From positions 128,001 through 192,000 of the forward strand of contig CAVSGG010000017.1 in the NCBI GenBank assembly GCA_963727455.1: a stretch of 64,000 nt of DNA, in the 5' to 3' direction. The position numbers and the translations under genes are program-made. The notes below the pieces were generated by a model that made no database searches, was not told the DNA's origin, and saw nothing but the letters and a program-made list of their open reading frames with translations. The stretch comes from Candidatus Krumholzibacteriota bacterium (GTDB lineage Bacteria > Krumholzibacteriota > Krumholzibacteriia > JAJRXK01). Shown piece after piece: positions 29,404-39,761 of the stretch. Numbering within the stretch: position 1 is the stretch's first letter; the number at the start of each line of letters is the position of its first letter.

Positions 29404-31300
29404 TTCCCGCTATCCTCTAGAACTTCGCTTACCTTCCGAGCCAGCATTTCGATTCCGAACGGCTTTGGAATGAAGTGCACTCCCTGATCCAAAACGCCCT
29501 GTCTGGAGATCGTGTCCGCAGTATAGCCCGACATGAAGAGGGTCTTGAGATTTGGGTTTCTTCTTTAAGCAGGTTATGCAGCTCCTTGCCGCTCAGCTTG
29601 GGCATGACCACGTCGGTGATCAATAGATCGATTTCGTCCTGGCTTTCCTCGAAAAGCACCTGCGCGGCTTTCGCGGAATCCGCGATGAGAACAGTATATC
29701 CGATTTCCTTCAGAACCGTGGCGACGAGATCGCGGACCATGGCGATCATCTTCGACCAGGAGAACCTTCTCGGTGACTTTTTCATGGTGGAAGTGGCGCG
29801 TACTGCTCTCTTGGGACTGAGCCCCTCGTCGCAGCTGGGAAAATTTAGCGCGAATGCCGAGCCCTTACCCGGCTCGCTGGAAACTCGAATGAACCCCCCG
29901 TACTGCGTGACGACGCTTTTCACCGTGGCCAAACCCAGTCCCGTGCTCGTTGCCTCGTCTTTGGTGGTGAAGAAGGGCTCGAAGATGTGGTCTCTTACGG
30001 CGGGAGCGATTCCTCCGCCGGTATCGCTCACCATGATCTGCACGAAGTCTCCGGGGCTGACGCCGGGCACTCGGGAGGCCTCCTCTTGGAGACCTTCAAG
30101 TTTTTGGTCTCGATCCGAAGATGTCCGCCCTGGGGCATCGCATCCCGTGCATTGGCTGCCAGATTGGCGAGGATGTGATCGAGTTGGGAGGAGTCGATCT
30201 TGATGCGCCAGAGATCGGGATCGGGCTTGAAGATGAGTTCGATGTCCTCGCCTATCAAGCGGCTCAGAGTCGTTTGCATTCTCTCCACTGCCGGATTCAA
30301 TTCGATGCAGCGCGGACTGATGATCTGCTTTCGTGAGAAGGCGAGCAGCTGACGAGTGAGATCGGCCGAACGCCTTGCCGCCTTGTCGATCTCCTGAATC
30401 TCCTCCACCAGCTCCGCGTCCAGGCCCGTGCGCGATAAGATGAGTTCCGTGTATCCGAGAATGACGTTGAGCATGTTATTGAAGTCATGGGCAACTCCGC
30501 CCGCCAATCTCCCGATGGCTTCCATCTTTTGAGACTGCCGCAACTGTTCTTCGACTGACCGCATTTTCGTAACGTCTTCTACTAGAGACAATACTCCAAG
30601 TACTTCGCCATCCGTTCCGATCAATGGTGCGTTGTACCACTCACAGAGGATCGTTTTTCCGTCCTTGGTCACGTTTTCGTTCGTACTTCGTTTGCCTCCC
30701 GTCAACTTCATGAGATCTTGCCAAATCTTGTCTACATGTTCGCGTTCAGCCTCGGGAACGATGAACACTGCGTGACGACCGATTGCTTCCTCTCTCGCGT
30801 GCCCGAAAATGCGCTCGGCGGCCAGGTTCCACTGCGTCGCCCGAAATTCGGTATCCCAAGTAATGATGGCCATGGGGGATTGTTGGACGATGAGGTCCAG
30901 GCTCTCGCGATACTCCTGGTACTGTTTCGCTCTCTTCTTGCGCTGGGTGATGTCGCGGATGATCGCGATGAGAACCGGCTGAGAATCATAGGAGGAGTAC
31001 ACGCCGTGAATCTCCGCCAGATATTTCGTGCCGTTTTTGCGGTATCCCCTGACGCTCGAGCGGGTCACTGCGCGCGCCTTGGGCTTGATTCAAGAAGCGA
31101 GGCAGGTCCTCGATGGGGTCGAGGTCTAGGATCTCACCCACGGCCTTGCCGATGAGTTCCTCTCGGGAATAGCCGGACAGGTCGCTGAAGGCGGGGTTAG
31201 CGTTGAGGACGGCCGCATTGGCGTCAATCACACAAATGCCATCGAGAATACTCTCGTAAATGGCGAGCAGTTCGTCGAACGAAGGAACGGTGTGGCGCAC
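29400..31300 (-). pseudogene. PAS-PAS hybrid histidine kinase/receiver, frameshifted
   Basis: Two PAS domains; QSQKMEAIGRLAGGVAHDFNN; NARDAMPQGG; IFEPFFTTK; TGLGL; LLITDVVMP; FMSGY...KPF. Split over at least four ORF segments. Confidence 0.85.
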
Positions 31301-31488
31301 GGATAACCCCTTGGATGGACCGATCGCAGGGAATCCTTCGGGCAATTTTCAGGGGATAGTGCCGCCAAGTCAAGGAGATATGGGAATCAGCGGGGTTTTG
31401 GAACGAGTGAGACTTGTGAAATGATGCCGTCGAGCATACGCTATCGGGGTTCAGAATAACCCAATCGCAACAGTAAAGAAGCCTCGAC

Positions 31489-32322
31489 GTGCGGCACTCC
31501 TCTCCCCTCGAACTCTCCGTGGTCATTCCCGTGCATGACGAGGAGGCAAACGTCTGTCCTTTGGCTGACGAGACCGAAGACGCCTTGAAAAATCTGCACT
31601 GGGAGTGCATCTGGGTGGATGACGCTTCCACTGACCACACTCTTGCAAGACTTCGCGAACTGGAAGCGCGCTCCGAGAGCCACCATCGCGTGCTGCGGTT
31701 CGACGAGCAACGCGGGCAGAGCGCGGCTCTTATCGCCGGCTTCAAGGCAGCGCTCGGTGGATTCGTAGCCAGTCTCGATGGGGATGGGCAGAATGATCCC
31801 GCAGATTTGCCGCGCCTCTTGGCCATTGCTCGCAGCCAAGAGCTGGATATGGTGAACGGTGTCAGAGTGCGGCGGCATGACGACTGGATTCGAATTTTGT
31901 CCTCGCGCATCGGAAACGGTTTCCGCAATTTGGTCACGGGGGACCACATCACCGATGTCGGCTGCTCCACCCGCGTATTCAAAAGGGAATACGTCGATGC
32001 CATTCCCCACTTCAACGGAATGCACCGCTTTTTGCCGACTTTCGTCCGTGCGATGGGGGGGAAGATTGGGGAGGCTCCGGTGAGCCATCGCCCACGGGCT
32101 AAAGGACTGACCAAGTACGGAGTGGGTAACCGGCTCTTCAGGGGGCTCGCTGATACCTTTGGCGTGCGTTGGTACGCGCGCCGCGCAGTGAAGGTCGACG
32201 CCTGGCCGGTACAGGAGGAAGAGGCGGTAGTGTTGGAACCGAGAGCTGCACGCATGAACTCTTCACAGTCGGACCCCGAATTTACTCTCTCTCGCGGAAT
32301 CGATAGCGGGGCATCGCAGTGA
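31489..32322 (+). CDS. GT2 polyprenyl-phosphate glycosyltransferase (ArnC/DPM-synthase-like)
   Basis: LSVVIPVHDEEAN, VDDASTD, GQSAAL, LDGDGQNDP and HRFLP. Confidence 0.92.
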   Translation: MRHSSPLELSVVIPVHDEEANVCPLADETEDALKNLHWECIWVDDASTDHTLARLRELEARSESHHRVLRFDEQRGQSAALIAGFKAALGGFVASLDGDGQNDPADLPRLLAIARSQELDMVNGVRVRRHDDWIRILSSRIGNGFRNLVTGDHITDVGCSTRVFKREYVDAIPHFNGMHRFLPTFVRAMGGKIGEAPVSHRPRAKGLTKYGVGNRLFRGLADTFGVRWYARRAVKVDAWPVQEEEAVVLEPRAARMNSSQSDPEFTLSRGIDSGASQ

Positions 32323-32600
32323 TCGAACGCATCTGGATCGCGGTAGGACTCTTGGCCCAAGGAATGTTCATGGGGCGTTTTCTGGTGCAGTGGATCATCA
32401 GCGAGCGCAAGGGTGAGAGCACGATACCCGTCGCTTTCTGGTATTTGAGCATCGCGGGAGGCATCCTGCTCTTTGCCTACGCTTGCTGGCGTCGTGATCC
32501 GGTCTTCATTCTGGGTCAGAGCACGGGCCTCATCGTCTACACCCGCAACCTCGTGCTTCTCAAACGCAGTCGCAAAAAAGCACTCCAGGCGGATGTGTAG
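32319..32600 (+). CDS. Lipid A biosynthesis N-terminal domain (LAB_N) small membrane protein
   Basis: RFLVQWIISERKGESTIPVAFWYLS...DPVFILGQ..YTRN. Confidence 0.92.
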   Translation: MIERIWIAVGLLAQGMFMGRFLVQWIISERKGESTIPVAFWYLSIAGGILLFAYACWRRDPVFILGQSTGLIVYTRNLVLLKRSRKKALQADV

Positions 32601-32618
32601 GCGCACCGCAGGTAAGCG

Positions 32619-34163
32619 ATGTCCATTCCATCTCCTTCGTCGCAACAGCAATTCCCCTTGCCAATGAGAAGGTCCTATCTTTCGTGGACAGGGCTCGTTC
32701 TCTTGGCAGCCTTGGTGTCGTTTGGCTTCCAAGGTACGCGTGGCCTGAGCGATCCTGATGAGGGACGATATTGCGAAGTCGCGCGGGAGATGCTCGCCAG
32801 TGGTGATTTTCTCCATCCCCAGCTCGAGGGGTACCCGCACTATTCGAAACCTCCCATGACCTACTGGTCGATTGCGGTCTCACTGGACGCATTGGGACAC
32901 GGGGAATGGGCCTGCCGCATCTTCCAGTCCGTAGCTTACCTGGCCACCATTCTGCTGGTGGCAATGTGTGGTGTGGCGCTCTTCGGACAGGCATGCGGCG
33001 TGCTGGCGGGCATCGTGTACGCGAGCATGGCGCTTCCCTTCGTGGCCACCAACATCATCACCACCGATACCCTCCTCACTCTGTGGGAAGCTCTCGCGGT
33101 GTTCGCGTTCTTGCGCGGTCGTTCGTCGAAGCGGCGCTTCTGGCCGGCTCTGACTGGCCTCGCCTTTGGGCTGGCGTTCTTCACCAAGGGTCCGCCCGGG
33201 CTGCTCTTTTTGCCCGCACTTTGGATCTACACTCGCCTGCCGGTCGCAAAAAAACGGGAATCAGCGCCGCTCTTGGATCGGGCGGGCGCCATCCTCCTTC
33301 TGGTGGTGGGACTGTGGTGGTTTCTCTACTTGATTCTCACCACGAAGGGCATTCTCTCCTATTTTCTTGGCGACGAAGTGGTGGGGAGACTTGCGGGTGA
33401 GCATCACCGGAATGCCGGCCTATGGGGCGCCGTCAAAGTGTACCTGCCCATTCTCACCCTGGGCACGCTGCCCTGGTCGTTGAGTTGGATTGCGGCATGG
33501 AGACGGCTGCGCGCTCGCGGTTCCAAGAGCACGCGCCTCTGGCGTGCTTGGAGCGAGCGCCCCGCGCTCACTCTGCTCCTTCTTCTGATCCTGCTTCCCC
33601 TTGCGGTCTTCGTCCTCTCGCGCTCTCGGTTGCCACTCTACGTTCTGCCGCTCTTCATTCCCATCTCGCTCGCCAGCGCGCGCGCGTTTCAGCTCGCCTT
33701 CGAGGAACCCGCGGCCGATTTCCTTCTCTTCCGCCTGCGTTCGCGCGCTTGGGCCTTCTTGGGTGGATGGCTCGTCTTTCTTCTGTGTCTCCGCCTGGTC
33801 TATGCCTACTGGCCCAACGAGGCCGACGCGCGCGCCCTTCATTCAAGGCTTCCCGTGGCCCAGGCGAACGAACTCGTGGTCACCGATGGCGTTCGTTCCG
33901 TGCACGGTTTGGCCTTCTACGACGGACGAGTTCTGCGCTACGCGGCGTGGTCTAGGGACAGAGCGAAGGAAAAGGGTTGGGACACCCTGGACGAGATCCT
34001 CGGTGAGCTGCGCGATGATCCCGCGCTCCGCTATCTCATCTTGGTAAAACCCGAGGCAGTGGCAGAGCTGCAGGAGAGGGCGGCGTCTCACGGTCTGAGG
34101 ATCGAGAGCACGGTGAAGGGGAAGAAGATCGTGGCGCTCTTGTGTGACGCAGAGCTGTTCTAG
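32619..34163 (+). CDS. ArnT-like GT-C glycosyltransferase
   Basis: DPDEGRY..VAREML, KPP..YW, FFTKGP and multiple TM helices. Confidence 0.9.
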   Translation: MSIPSPSSQQQFPLPMRRSYLSWTGLVLLAALVSFGFQGTRGLSDPDEGRYCEVAREMLASGDFLHPQLEGYPHYSKPPMTYWSIAVSLDALGHGEWACRIFQSVAYLATILLVAMCGVALFGQACGVLAGIVYASMALPFVATNIITTDTLLTLWEALAVFAFLRGRSSKRRFWPALTGLAFGLAFFTKGPPGLLFLPALWIYTRLPVAKKRESAPLLDRAGAILLLVVGLWWFLYLILTTKGILSYFLGDEVVGRLAGEHHRNAGLWGAVKVYLPILTLGTLPWSLSWIAAWRRLRARGSKSTRLWRAWSERPALTLLLLLILLPLAVFVLSRSRLPLYVLPLFIPISLASARAFQLAFEEPAADFLLFRLRSRAWAFLGGWLVFLLCLRLVYAYWPNEADARALHSRLPVAQANELVVTDGVRSVHGLAFYDGRVLRYAAWSRDRAKEKGWDTLDEILGELRDDPALRYLILVKPEAVAELQERAASHGLRIESTVKGKKIVALLCDAELF

Positions 34164-34849
34164 CCCAAACTTCCCAGGTGCTCGCACCCCACGACATACT
34201 TGCTGTTCTTGGACACCAAGAGGGGGAGACCCTCGAGCACGCGGCGGACCTGAATCGTTCTGTCGCGGTGCGCCTTGACTTCCACCACCAGCGTGCCGGG
34301 AGGTTGTGTGGCGAAGCTCAGATTGGGAGTGGCGCTACCCCACTGGCTCCAGTAGCTCTGGCGGATGTCGACCGTGACACGCACTGCGCGGTCCGCGGTT
34401 CGCAAGTAACTGCGAAGATAGCGGTTGATCATCACTGGCTGATCAAGATCACGCGAAGCGATGAGAATGTCCTGCGGCAGAGAAGCGCGGAGTACATCGA
34501 GAAATGCGCTCCAACTCGTGGCGCGCAGGTCGACGGCGGAGTGCAAGGGAAAGCTCCGCTTCCATCCCAACTTGCCGTGCTTGAGTTTGAACTCGATGTG
34601 ACCGCCTCTGCCATCCAAGTCCTCGCCGTACCAACGGTAACGCAGCTTGCTGCGATCATTCACCCCGGCGTAGTTTTGGTTGAGACGGGAAAGGTCGCGG
34701 GAATCGAAATAGACGTTGTTCACCCAGCGATCGGGATAGAGCTTGCGCAGTCCCATCGGGTGCACGCGTAACTCGGCCAAGAGTCGCGGTAAGTAAGTCT
34801 CCGGCGCAGCCATTTTGATCTCGTAGCGCAGGTCTTCCGCCGGAATCAT
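34160..34849 (-). CDS. VTC (polyphosphate polymerase-like) domain protein
   Basis: RYEIK, NNVYFD, RSKLRYRWY, IEFKLK, RVTVD, VVEVK and SKY. Confidence 0.88.
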   Translation of the reverse strand: MIPAEDLRYEIKMAAPETYLPRLLAELRVHPMGLRKLYPDRWVNNVYFDSRDLSRLNQNYAGVNDRSKLRYRWYGEDLDGRGGHIEFKLKHGKLGWKRSFPLHSAVDLRATSWSAFLDVLRASLPQDILIASRDLDQPVMINRYLRSYLRTADRAVRVTVDIRQSYWSQWGSATPNLSFATQPPGTLVVEVKAHRDRTIQVRRVLEGLPLLVSKNSKYVVGCEHLGSLG

Positions 34850-34852
34850 GAT

Positions 34853-37438
34853 TTAGTTCCCCAAAACGTGAGAAGCATAGAGCTTCGCTACGTCGAAATC
34901 GCTCGTTTCCAGGAGACGTCCATCCAGGGTGACGGTACACCCGGTCTGTACCAGCGCGATTTTTTTGGCGCCAGGCAGGCTCAGATGGGTCGCCTCGAGA
35001 GAGGCGGGGCCGTAGACCGGTTTCTTGACATAAGCCGCCAGGCCGATCTTGGTGTTGCGGAATTCGCCATCTTGTAGAATTACCCGCGAGAGGTCCTTGC
35101 TGGCCGCCCCGATGCTAGCGTTTTCGACCCGCAGCTCACTCGCCCGCAGATTGGTTTCTTCCCCAGCCGAGATGGCCTTGTCGCTGATGCGCACGGCCTC
35201 GAAGCGGCGTACGTCGAGGACACTCCCGCTCAAGTCGAGCGCGTCACCCCCCACGTCGTGAAAGGAACAGTCCAGCACGGTTCCCCGCACGAAGTCTCCG
35301 TCGAGCGCATCGGAATGACAGTCCCCGATCACGCTGTTCTTCATGCTGAAGTCGCAGCGCACAAGATGGAGAGCGTCCTCGCCGCGATGCCCTTCGAAGC
35401 GGCAATCGCTAATAGCCACTGGGCTTTCGTACACCGTTACCCCGCCGCTCAGATCCCAACCCGGCCGGGCGACCCCAGTGGTAGCTTGGACCAGAAGGTG
35501 GCTCCACGAACTCAGCGAGTCCGCCCCCGAGAGGATCAGGCCTCCCCAATCCTCGGCTTGAGGCAGCAGTCGTACCGGTGCATTCTCAGTACCGGCGAGG
35601 TCGAGACGGGCGCGGGCCAGGATGACGGCGCCGTGCTTCATCTTCAGAGTTACTCCCGGCATGAAGCACGTAGGGACCGCGGGCAGGATCAGATCGTCCT
35701 CGAGCTGCCACTCTCCGGGTAACACGAGTAGTTCCTCAGACTTTGCATCCCATCGTAGCCATGGTTTGGTCCCGGCGAAGACCACGGGATCGGCGGGAGC
35801 CTCGGGGAGAATTGCGGGCTGCTCGAAACTCTCGGCTGCCGGACGAGCCGTACACTCACGCCGCGTGGCCGGCAGAGCGAAGCTCTGGAAGACGAGCTTC
35901 ACCGTATCTCCCGCTGTCGGCAGCGGCAATGGCACGCGGAAGCTCTGCGAACGCAGAGCCTGCGTCTTCTCGTGGGCTGGAACGAAGAGCGGTGTCGGCA
36001 ACTCCCAGCTTTCATCACCAACCTTCACGCCCAGGATTTCACTGGGGACGTCACACACCGAGTCGAGGCGAAGCTCGAGACTGTCGTCTGCGGCCTGGTA
36101 CTCCGAGCTGAGTGCGACAAGAATCTTCAACTTTCCCCGGAAGAAGCGCTGTCCGTCGAGCAGTGCGGGAACCGGACTCTGAAGCTCTGGCCACTCGAGG
36201 TGCAGGGCCAAAAGCCGGTCGTGAAGACCCCTGCCATACTCGTCCATCAGGGAACTCGACCAGGTGGGATCGGAGTACTCCCACAGGGCCTTCATGTACT
36301 CGCGCAGGGCCTCTTCTTGCGCCAAGAACCGGCGCACCCAGGGATACCAGCCGCCGCGATTCATGGAAAACTGCTGCCCCGCAAAGAGATCGGAGCGCAT
36401 CTTGTCCTCCTGCGACCAGCCCCAGGGTTCACCGTCGAAGGCGATCGGTTCCAGACGCGCCGTCACCGGATTGTAGTAGAAGCGGAGGTTGTGCCAGATG
36501 AGCGAGTGGTCTGCGCCCCAGATGCGGCACAGCGCGATGTAGTGCGCCATGAGCTTGACGTCGAACACCTCGCTGGGTTTCAGCTCGCCTCTCTGAAAGC
36601 CCTGGAGCAGGTGACGTGCCGCCTCCATCTGATTGCGCAAAATGGGGTCCTTCTCGAGCTTCGCCTGTTGGAAAAAGCTCACCTTCGCGGTCTCGAAATC
36701 GAGATGATCGAGATCGAACCAACCGAGCTGAAGTTCATCGTGCGCAATGCGGCGCTGCTCCCAGTGGGGGTCCTCGTCGAACTTGGCGATGGGGGCTTCG
36801 GCACGGTCCTGGCTCTCCAGCAGCTCTTTGCTAAAGTGCTCTTCGACCGCATAGATCCCCTTGGACTTTCCGTTGAAACTGAGCCTGACGAAATCGTAGC
36901 GCGGAGCGAGGATTCCCTCGCGGCGGACACTGTTCAAGAACAGCCACTCGCCGAGATACTGCCGCACCCAGGGCGCTTGCACCGAGAAGCGACGCATCCC
37001 GTGGTATTGTGTGCCCTTCTTCGTCTTCACTCTGAAGGACCACTTGTCGGTTTCGAAGTGGTCGGGCCAGTCTCCCTTGAGCCGCATTTTCACCGGGATT
37101 GTCTCGCCGTCGGCCTCCAACTCGGCCGGCACTTCGTCCTCGTCGGTGCTGAAGAGGAGCCCCACCCGCAGTGCTTCCTCGCGCTTGGCCAGGATCTTTT
37201 CGTAGTTCTTGAACTTCATGTGGAAGTGAATCTCATCCAACGGGGGCGCGTGCAGGCGGGCATGAATCAGGGATTTGGGCGCGTCGAGGAGCATGCCCTT
37301 GGGATCGTGCTTGACTCGCCGCAGGAAGTCCGGCTGCAAGAGTCCCAGACCGGCCGTGATGACCAGCAGCGCGAAGAGCAAAAGGAGTAGACGCGCGGGC
37401 CAGCGCAGTTTTCGCTCGCCCGTATCGAGGATCTTCAT
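34853..37438 (-). CDS. CotH kinase family protein with C-terminal right-handed beta-helix
   Basis: RLKGD...KWSFRVK, GIYAVEEHF and WHNLRFYYNP....EPIAFD; tail repeats DALDGDF/DALDLSG/DKAISAGE. Confidence 0.85.
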   Translation of the reverse strand: MKILDTGERKLRWPARLLLLLFALLVITAGLGLLQPDFLRRVKHDPKGMLLDAPKSLIHARLHAPPLDEIHFHMKFKNYEKILAKREEALRVGLLFSTDEDEVPAELEADGETIPVKMRLKGDWPDHFETDKWSFRVKTKKGTQYHGMRRFSVQAPWVRQYLGEWLFLNSVRREGILAPRYDFVRLSFNGKSKGIYAVEEHFSKELLESQDRAEAPIAKFDEDPHWEQRRIAHDELQLGWFDLDHLDFETAKVSFFQQAKLEKDPILRNQMEAARHLLQGFQRGELKPSEVFDVKLMAHYIALCRIWGADHSLIWHNLRFYYNPVTARLEPIAFDGEPWGWSQEDKMRSDLFAGQQFSMNRGGWYPWVRRFLAQEEALREYMKALWEYSDPTWSSSLMDEYGRGLHDRLLALHLEWPELQSPVPALLDGQRFFRGKLKILVALSSEYQAADDSLELRLDSVCDVPSEILGVKVGDESWELPTPLFVPAHEKTQALRSQSFRVPLPLPTAGDTVKLVFQSFALPATRRECTARPAAESFEQPAILPEAPADPVVFAGTKPWLRWDAKSEELLVLPGEWQLEDDLILPAVPTCFMPGVTLKMKHGAVILARARLDLAGTENAPVRLLPQAEDWGGLILSGADSLSSWSHLLVQATTGVARPGWDLSGGVTVYESPVAISDCRFEGHRGEDALHLVRCDFSMKNSVIGDCHSDALDGDFVRGTVLDCSFHDVGGDALDLSGSVLDVRRFEAVRISDKAISAGEETNLRASELRVENASIGAASKDLSRVILQDGEFRNTKIGLAAYVKKPVYGPASLEATHLSLPGAKKIALVQTGCTVTLDGRLLETSDFDVAKLYASHVLGN

Positions 37439-37444
37439 CGCGAA

Positions 37445-38125
37445 TCAACCACCCAGGAAGTTCTGCTGTTCGACGAAGGTCACCCGCGCCCCGGGAAACG
37501 CGCTGCGTAGATGATCCATGCCGGCGATGAGTTCCTTGTCACCGCGGCAACGCACCAGATAACTCGCCTGAAGTTCGCCGTCGGCCACGTCCATGCGCCG
37601 CATGTCCGCGTAGCTGAGGTGTTCGGCGAGGACTCTGTGGATGGCCTCGAAGGTGGCGCGGCCGTCCTCCGAAGTGGGAACCACGATGTTCAGGAAGAGG
37701 TTTTCGTCCTTGCGACTGTTGCCGCTGCGCGCTACCAGCGCTCCCACAATGAGGATTACTGGTGCTGCAGCCAGGGCGGAGTATCGCTGGTCCGCTCCCA
37801 AGGCCAAACCCGCTGCGATACACAGGAAGAGGTAGGCCAGCTCTTCGGGCTCTTTGATCGGAGTGCGAAAGCGCACGATGGACAGGGCACCCACCAGCCC
37901 CAAGGACAAGGCCAGGGAGGATTTCACCACGCTGATGATCAGAATCGTGGTCAGAACGATGAAGGGGAAAGTCTTGGCCAGGGCCACTCGGTTGGAGAGG
38001 CTGCGGCCGAATCGAACATAGTGCCAGGCGAAGAGCAGCGACAGAATGATCCCCAGCCCCAGGTTCAAGAGCAGATCGCTGAGCGAGAGGGGGGTCGCCG
38101 CCAACTGGGTAATGCTATTGGGCAT
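37445..38125 (-). CDS. DUF4956 membrane protein
   Basis: SSLALSLGLVGALSIVRFRTPIKEPEE signature. GGAGG RBS. Confidence 0.92.
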   Translation of the reverse strand: MPNSITQLAATPLSLSDLLLNLGLGIILSLLFAWHYVRFGRSLSNRVALAKTFPFIVLTTILIISVVKSSLALSLGLVGALSIVRFRTPIKEPEELAYLFLCIAAGLALGADQRYSALAAAPVILIVGALVARSGNSRKDENLFLNIVVPTSEDGRATFEAIHRVLAEHLSYADMRRMDVADGELQASYLVRCRGDKELIAGMDHLRSAFPGARVTFVEQQNFLGG

Positions 38126-38203
38126 CGTTCCTCCTAGGATCCCGACGAGATTGCGCGAAAAGACTAGCAGAGGGCAGGCCAGGTGGCGATCCGCTTCCGC
38201 CCC

Positions 38204-38253
38204 TTGACAGGAAAGCGGGCTCAGAACATACTTTGATCGGTATCCGTACAAAG
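38204..38253 (+). promoter_or_regulatory. Sigma70-like promoter with overlapping 23-bp palindromic operator (site 1)
   Basis: TTGACA(38204)-N17-CATACT; CTTTGATCGGTATCCGTACAAAG at 38231-38253. Confidence 0.75.
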
Positions 38254-38329
38254 GGTGACCTTTGTTTCCAGCCGCAGACACTCATCTTTGGGAGTGGATC
38301 CTAGCTCGCATCTCTTCGGAGGTCCTCGC

Positions 38330-39718
38330 GTGAAGCAGCTCGTCGCGTTCTTGTTCGTCCTGTCGGTTCTCGCCCCTCAGTTGGGGTGCAGCGGTCGCGA
38401 CCCCATGGACTTGGAGGTCTCCCGGGCCAAGATCGATCCCGTGGTCTTCGACGATGACTACAGCCCCGACGTCTACTTCCAGGCTTTTGCCCAGACAAAC
38501 GTGGTCGCGGTCCAGCTGGATTCCGTCTACGCCTACAACGGTTACGCGCCCGACGGCGCCCGCTCCCTCAAGATCAACATCGCGCCCGGCGGATCGGCGC
38601 TGGGATCCTACTCCGGAGGAGTCTTGACCTCGGTGGCCAGCCGCGATTTCCTCGACTACAACGCGCTGAGCTTCTGGGCGCGCGCCGATCGAGACATCTC
38701 GCTGGATTTGGCGGGCTTTGGCAATGACAACACCGGCACTTCGCTCTACGAAGCGAGCCGGTCGGGTATCCCGCTCACGCGAGACTGGCAGCACATCATC
38801 GTCCCCATACCCAACCCTTCCAAGCTCATCGCCGAACGCGGGCTCTTCACCTTCGCAGAAGGATTGGAGGAACAGTATCCGGACGGGTACGACATCTGGG
38901 TCGACGAGATCCGTTTCGTCAAGGTCGATAGCCTCACCGTCTTTCGTCCCACCCTACGCTCGGTGAATCGTCAGTACTTTGTGGGCTCCACCGTGAATCT
39001 GGACGGGGCCTCCACCGTCTTCCAGCTGGGCAACACCTTCCTGCCGGTCAATCACTCGCCTAACTACTTCGATTTCGAATCCTCCGATCCTTCTGTGGCC
39101 AAAGTGATCCGGGGCAGGGTCCAGGTGAGCGGCGTGGGAAAGGCGACGATCACCGCGACCTTGCAGGGCTATCCCGCCATCGGCAGCGTGTCGGTTGCCG
39201 GCTACGAGCCTCCTCGTGCGGCACCTCCCACGCCCACGCTTCCGGCTTCCGACGTGATTTCCTTGTGGAGCGACACCTATCCCAACGTCACGGTCGATAC
39301 CTGGAGGGCCGATTGGGGGGGCGTCACCACGCAGGTCGAGGACTACACGGTGGGCAATCGCCACATGAAATTGTATTCCTCGCTGAATTGGGTGGGCATC
39401 GATTTTCTGAACAAGAAGATCGATGCCAGCAGCATGACCCATCTGCACGTGGACGTCTATGCACCGGCTGGTACCAACTTCAAGCTCAAGGTGGTCTCGT
39501 TTCCCTCCCAGCTCACGCATTCGGTGGAAACGCAGGAGAAGATCTTCAACGCCACCTCCACGCCGGCGTTTCATCCCGGCTCGTGGTCCTCGTTGGAGAT
39601 TCCGCTGACGGATTTCCAGTTGCCTACCGATTGGGACTGGAGTCGCATAGGCGAGCTGGTACTCGCTTCGACAGACGCACAACTCGTGCTTGTGGACAAT
39701 CTCTACTGGCACAAATAA
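38330..39718 (+). CDS. Lipoprotein with carbohydrate-binding-like beta-sandwich domains and an Ig-like (Big_2) domain
   Basis: Lipobox LGC; DYNALSFWARA...WVDEIRF; FESSDPSVAKV..G.ATITAT; MTHLHVDVY...WSSLEIPLTDF...VDNLYW. Confidence 0.75.
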   Translation: MKQLVAFLFVLSVLAPQLGCSGRDPMDLEVSRAKIDPVVFDDDYSPDVYFQAFAQTNVVAVQLDSVYAYNGYAPDGARSLKINIAPGGSALGSYSGGVLTSVASRDFLDYNALSFWARADRDISLDLAGFGNDNTGTSLYEASRSGIPLTRDWQHIIVPIPNPSKLIAERGLFTFAEGLEEQYPDGYDIWVDEIRFVKVDSLTVFRPTLRSVNRQYFVGSTVNLDGASTVFQLGNTFLPVNHSPNYFDFESSDPSVAKVIRGRVQVSGVGKATITATLQGYPAIGSVSVAGYEPPRAAPPTPTLPASDVISLWSDTYPNVTVDTWRADWGGVTTQVEDYTVGNRHMKLYSSLNWVGIDFLNKKIDASSMTHLHVDVYAPAGTNFKLKVVSFPSQLTHSVETQEKIFNATSTPAFHPGSWSSLEIPLTDFQLPTDWDWSRIGELVLASTDAQLVLVDNLYWHK

Positions 39719-39761
39719 GATCAGCCTCGCTGAGCCAGCGCCTCTCACGAAGTTGGGCGGG

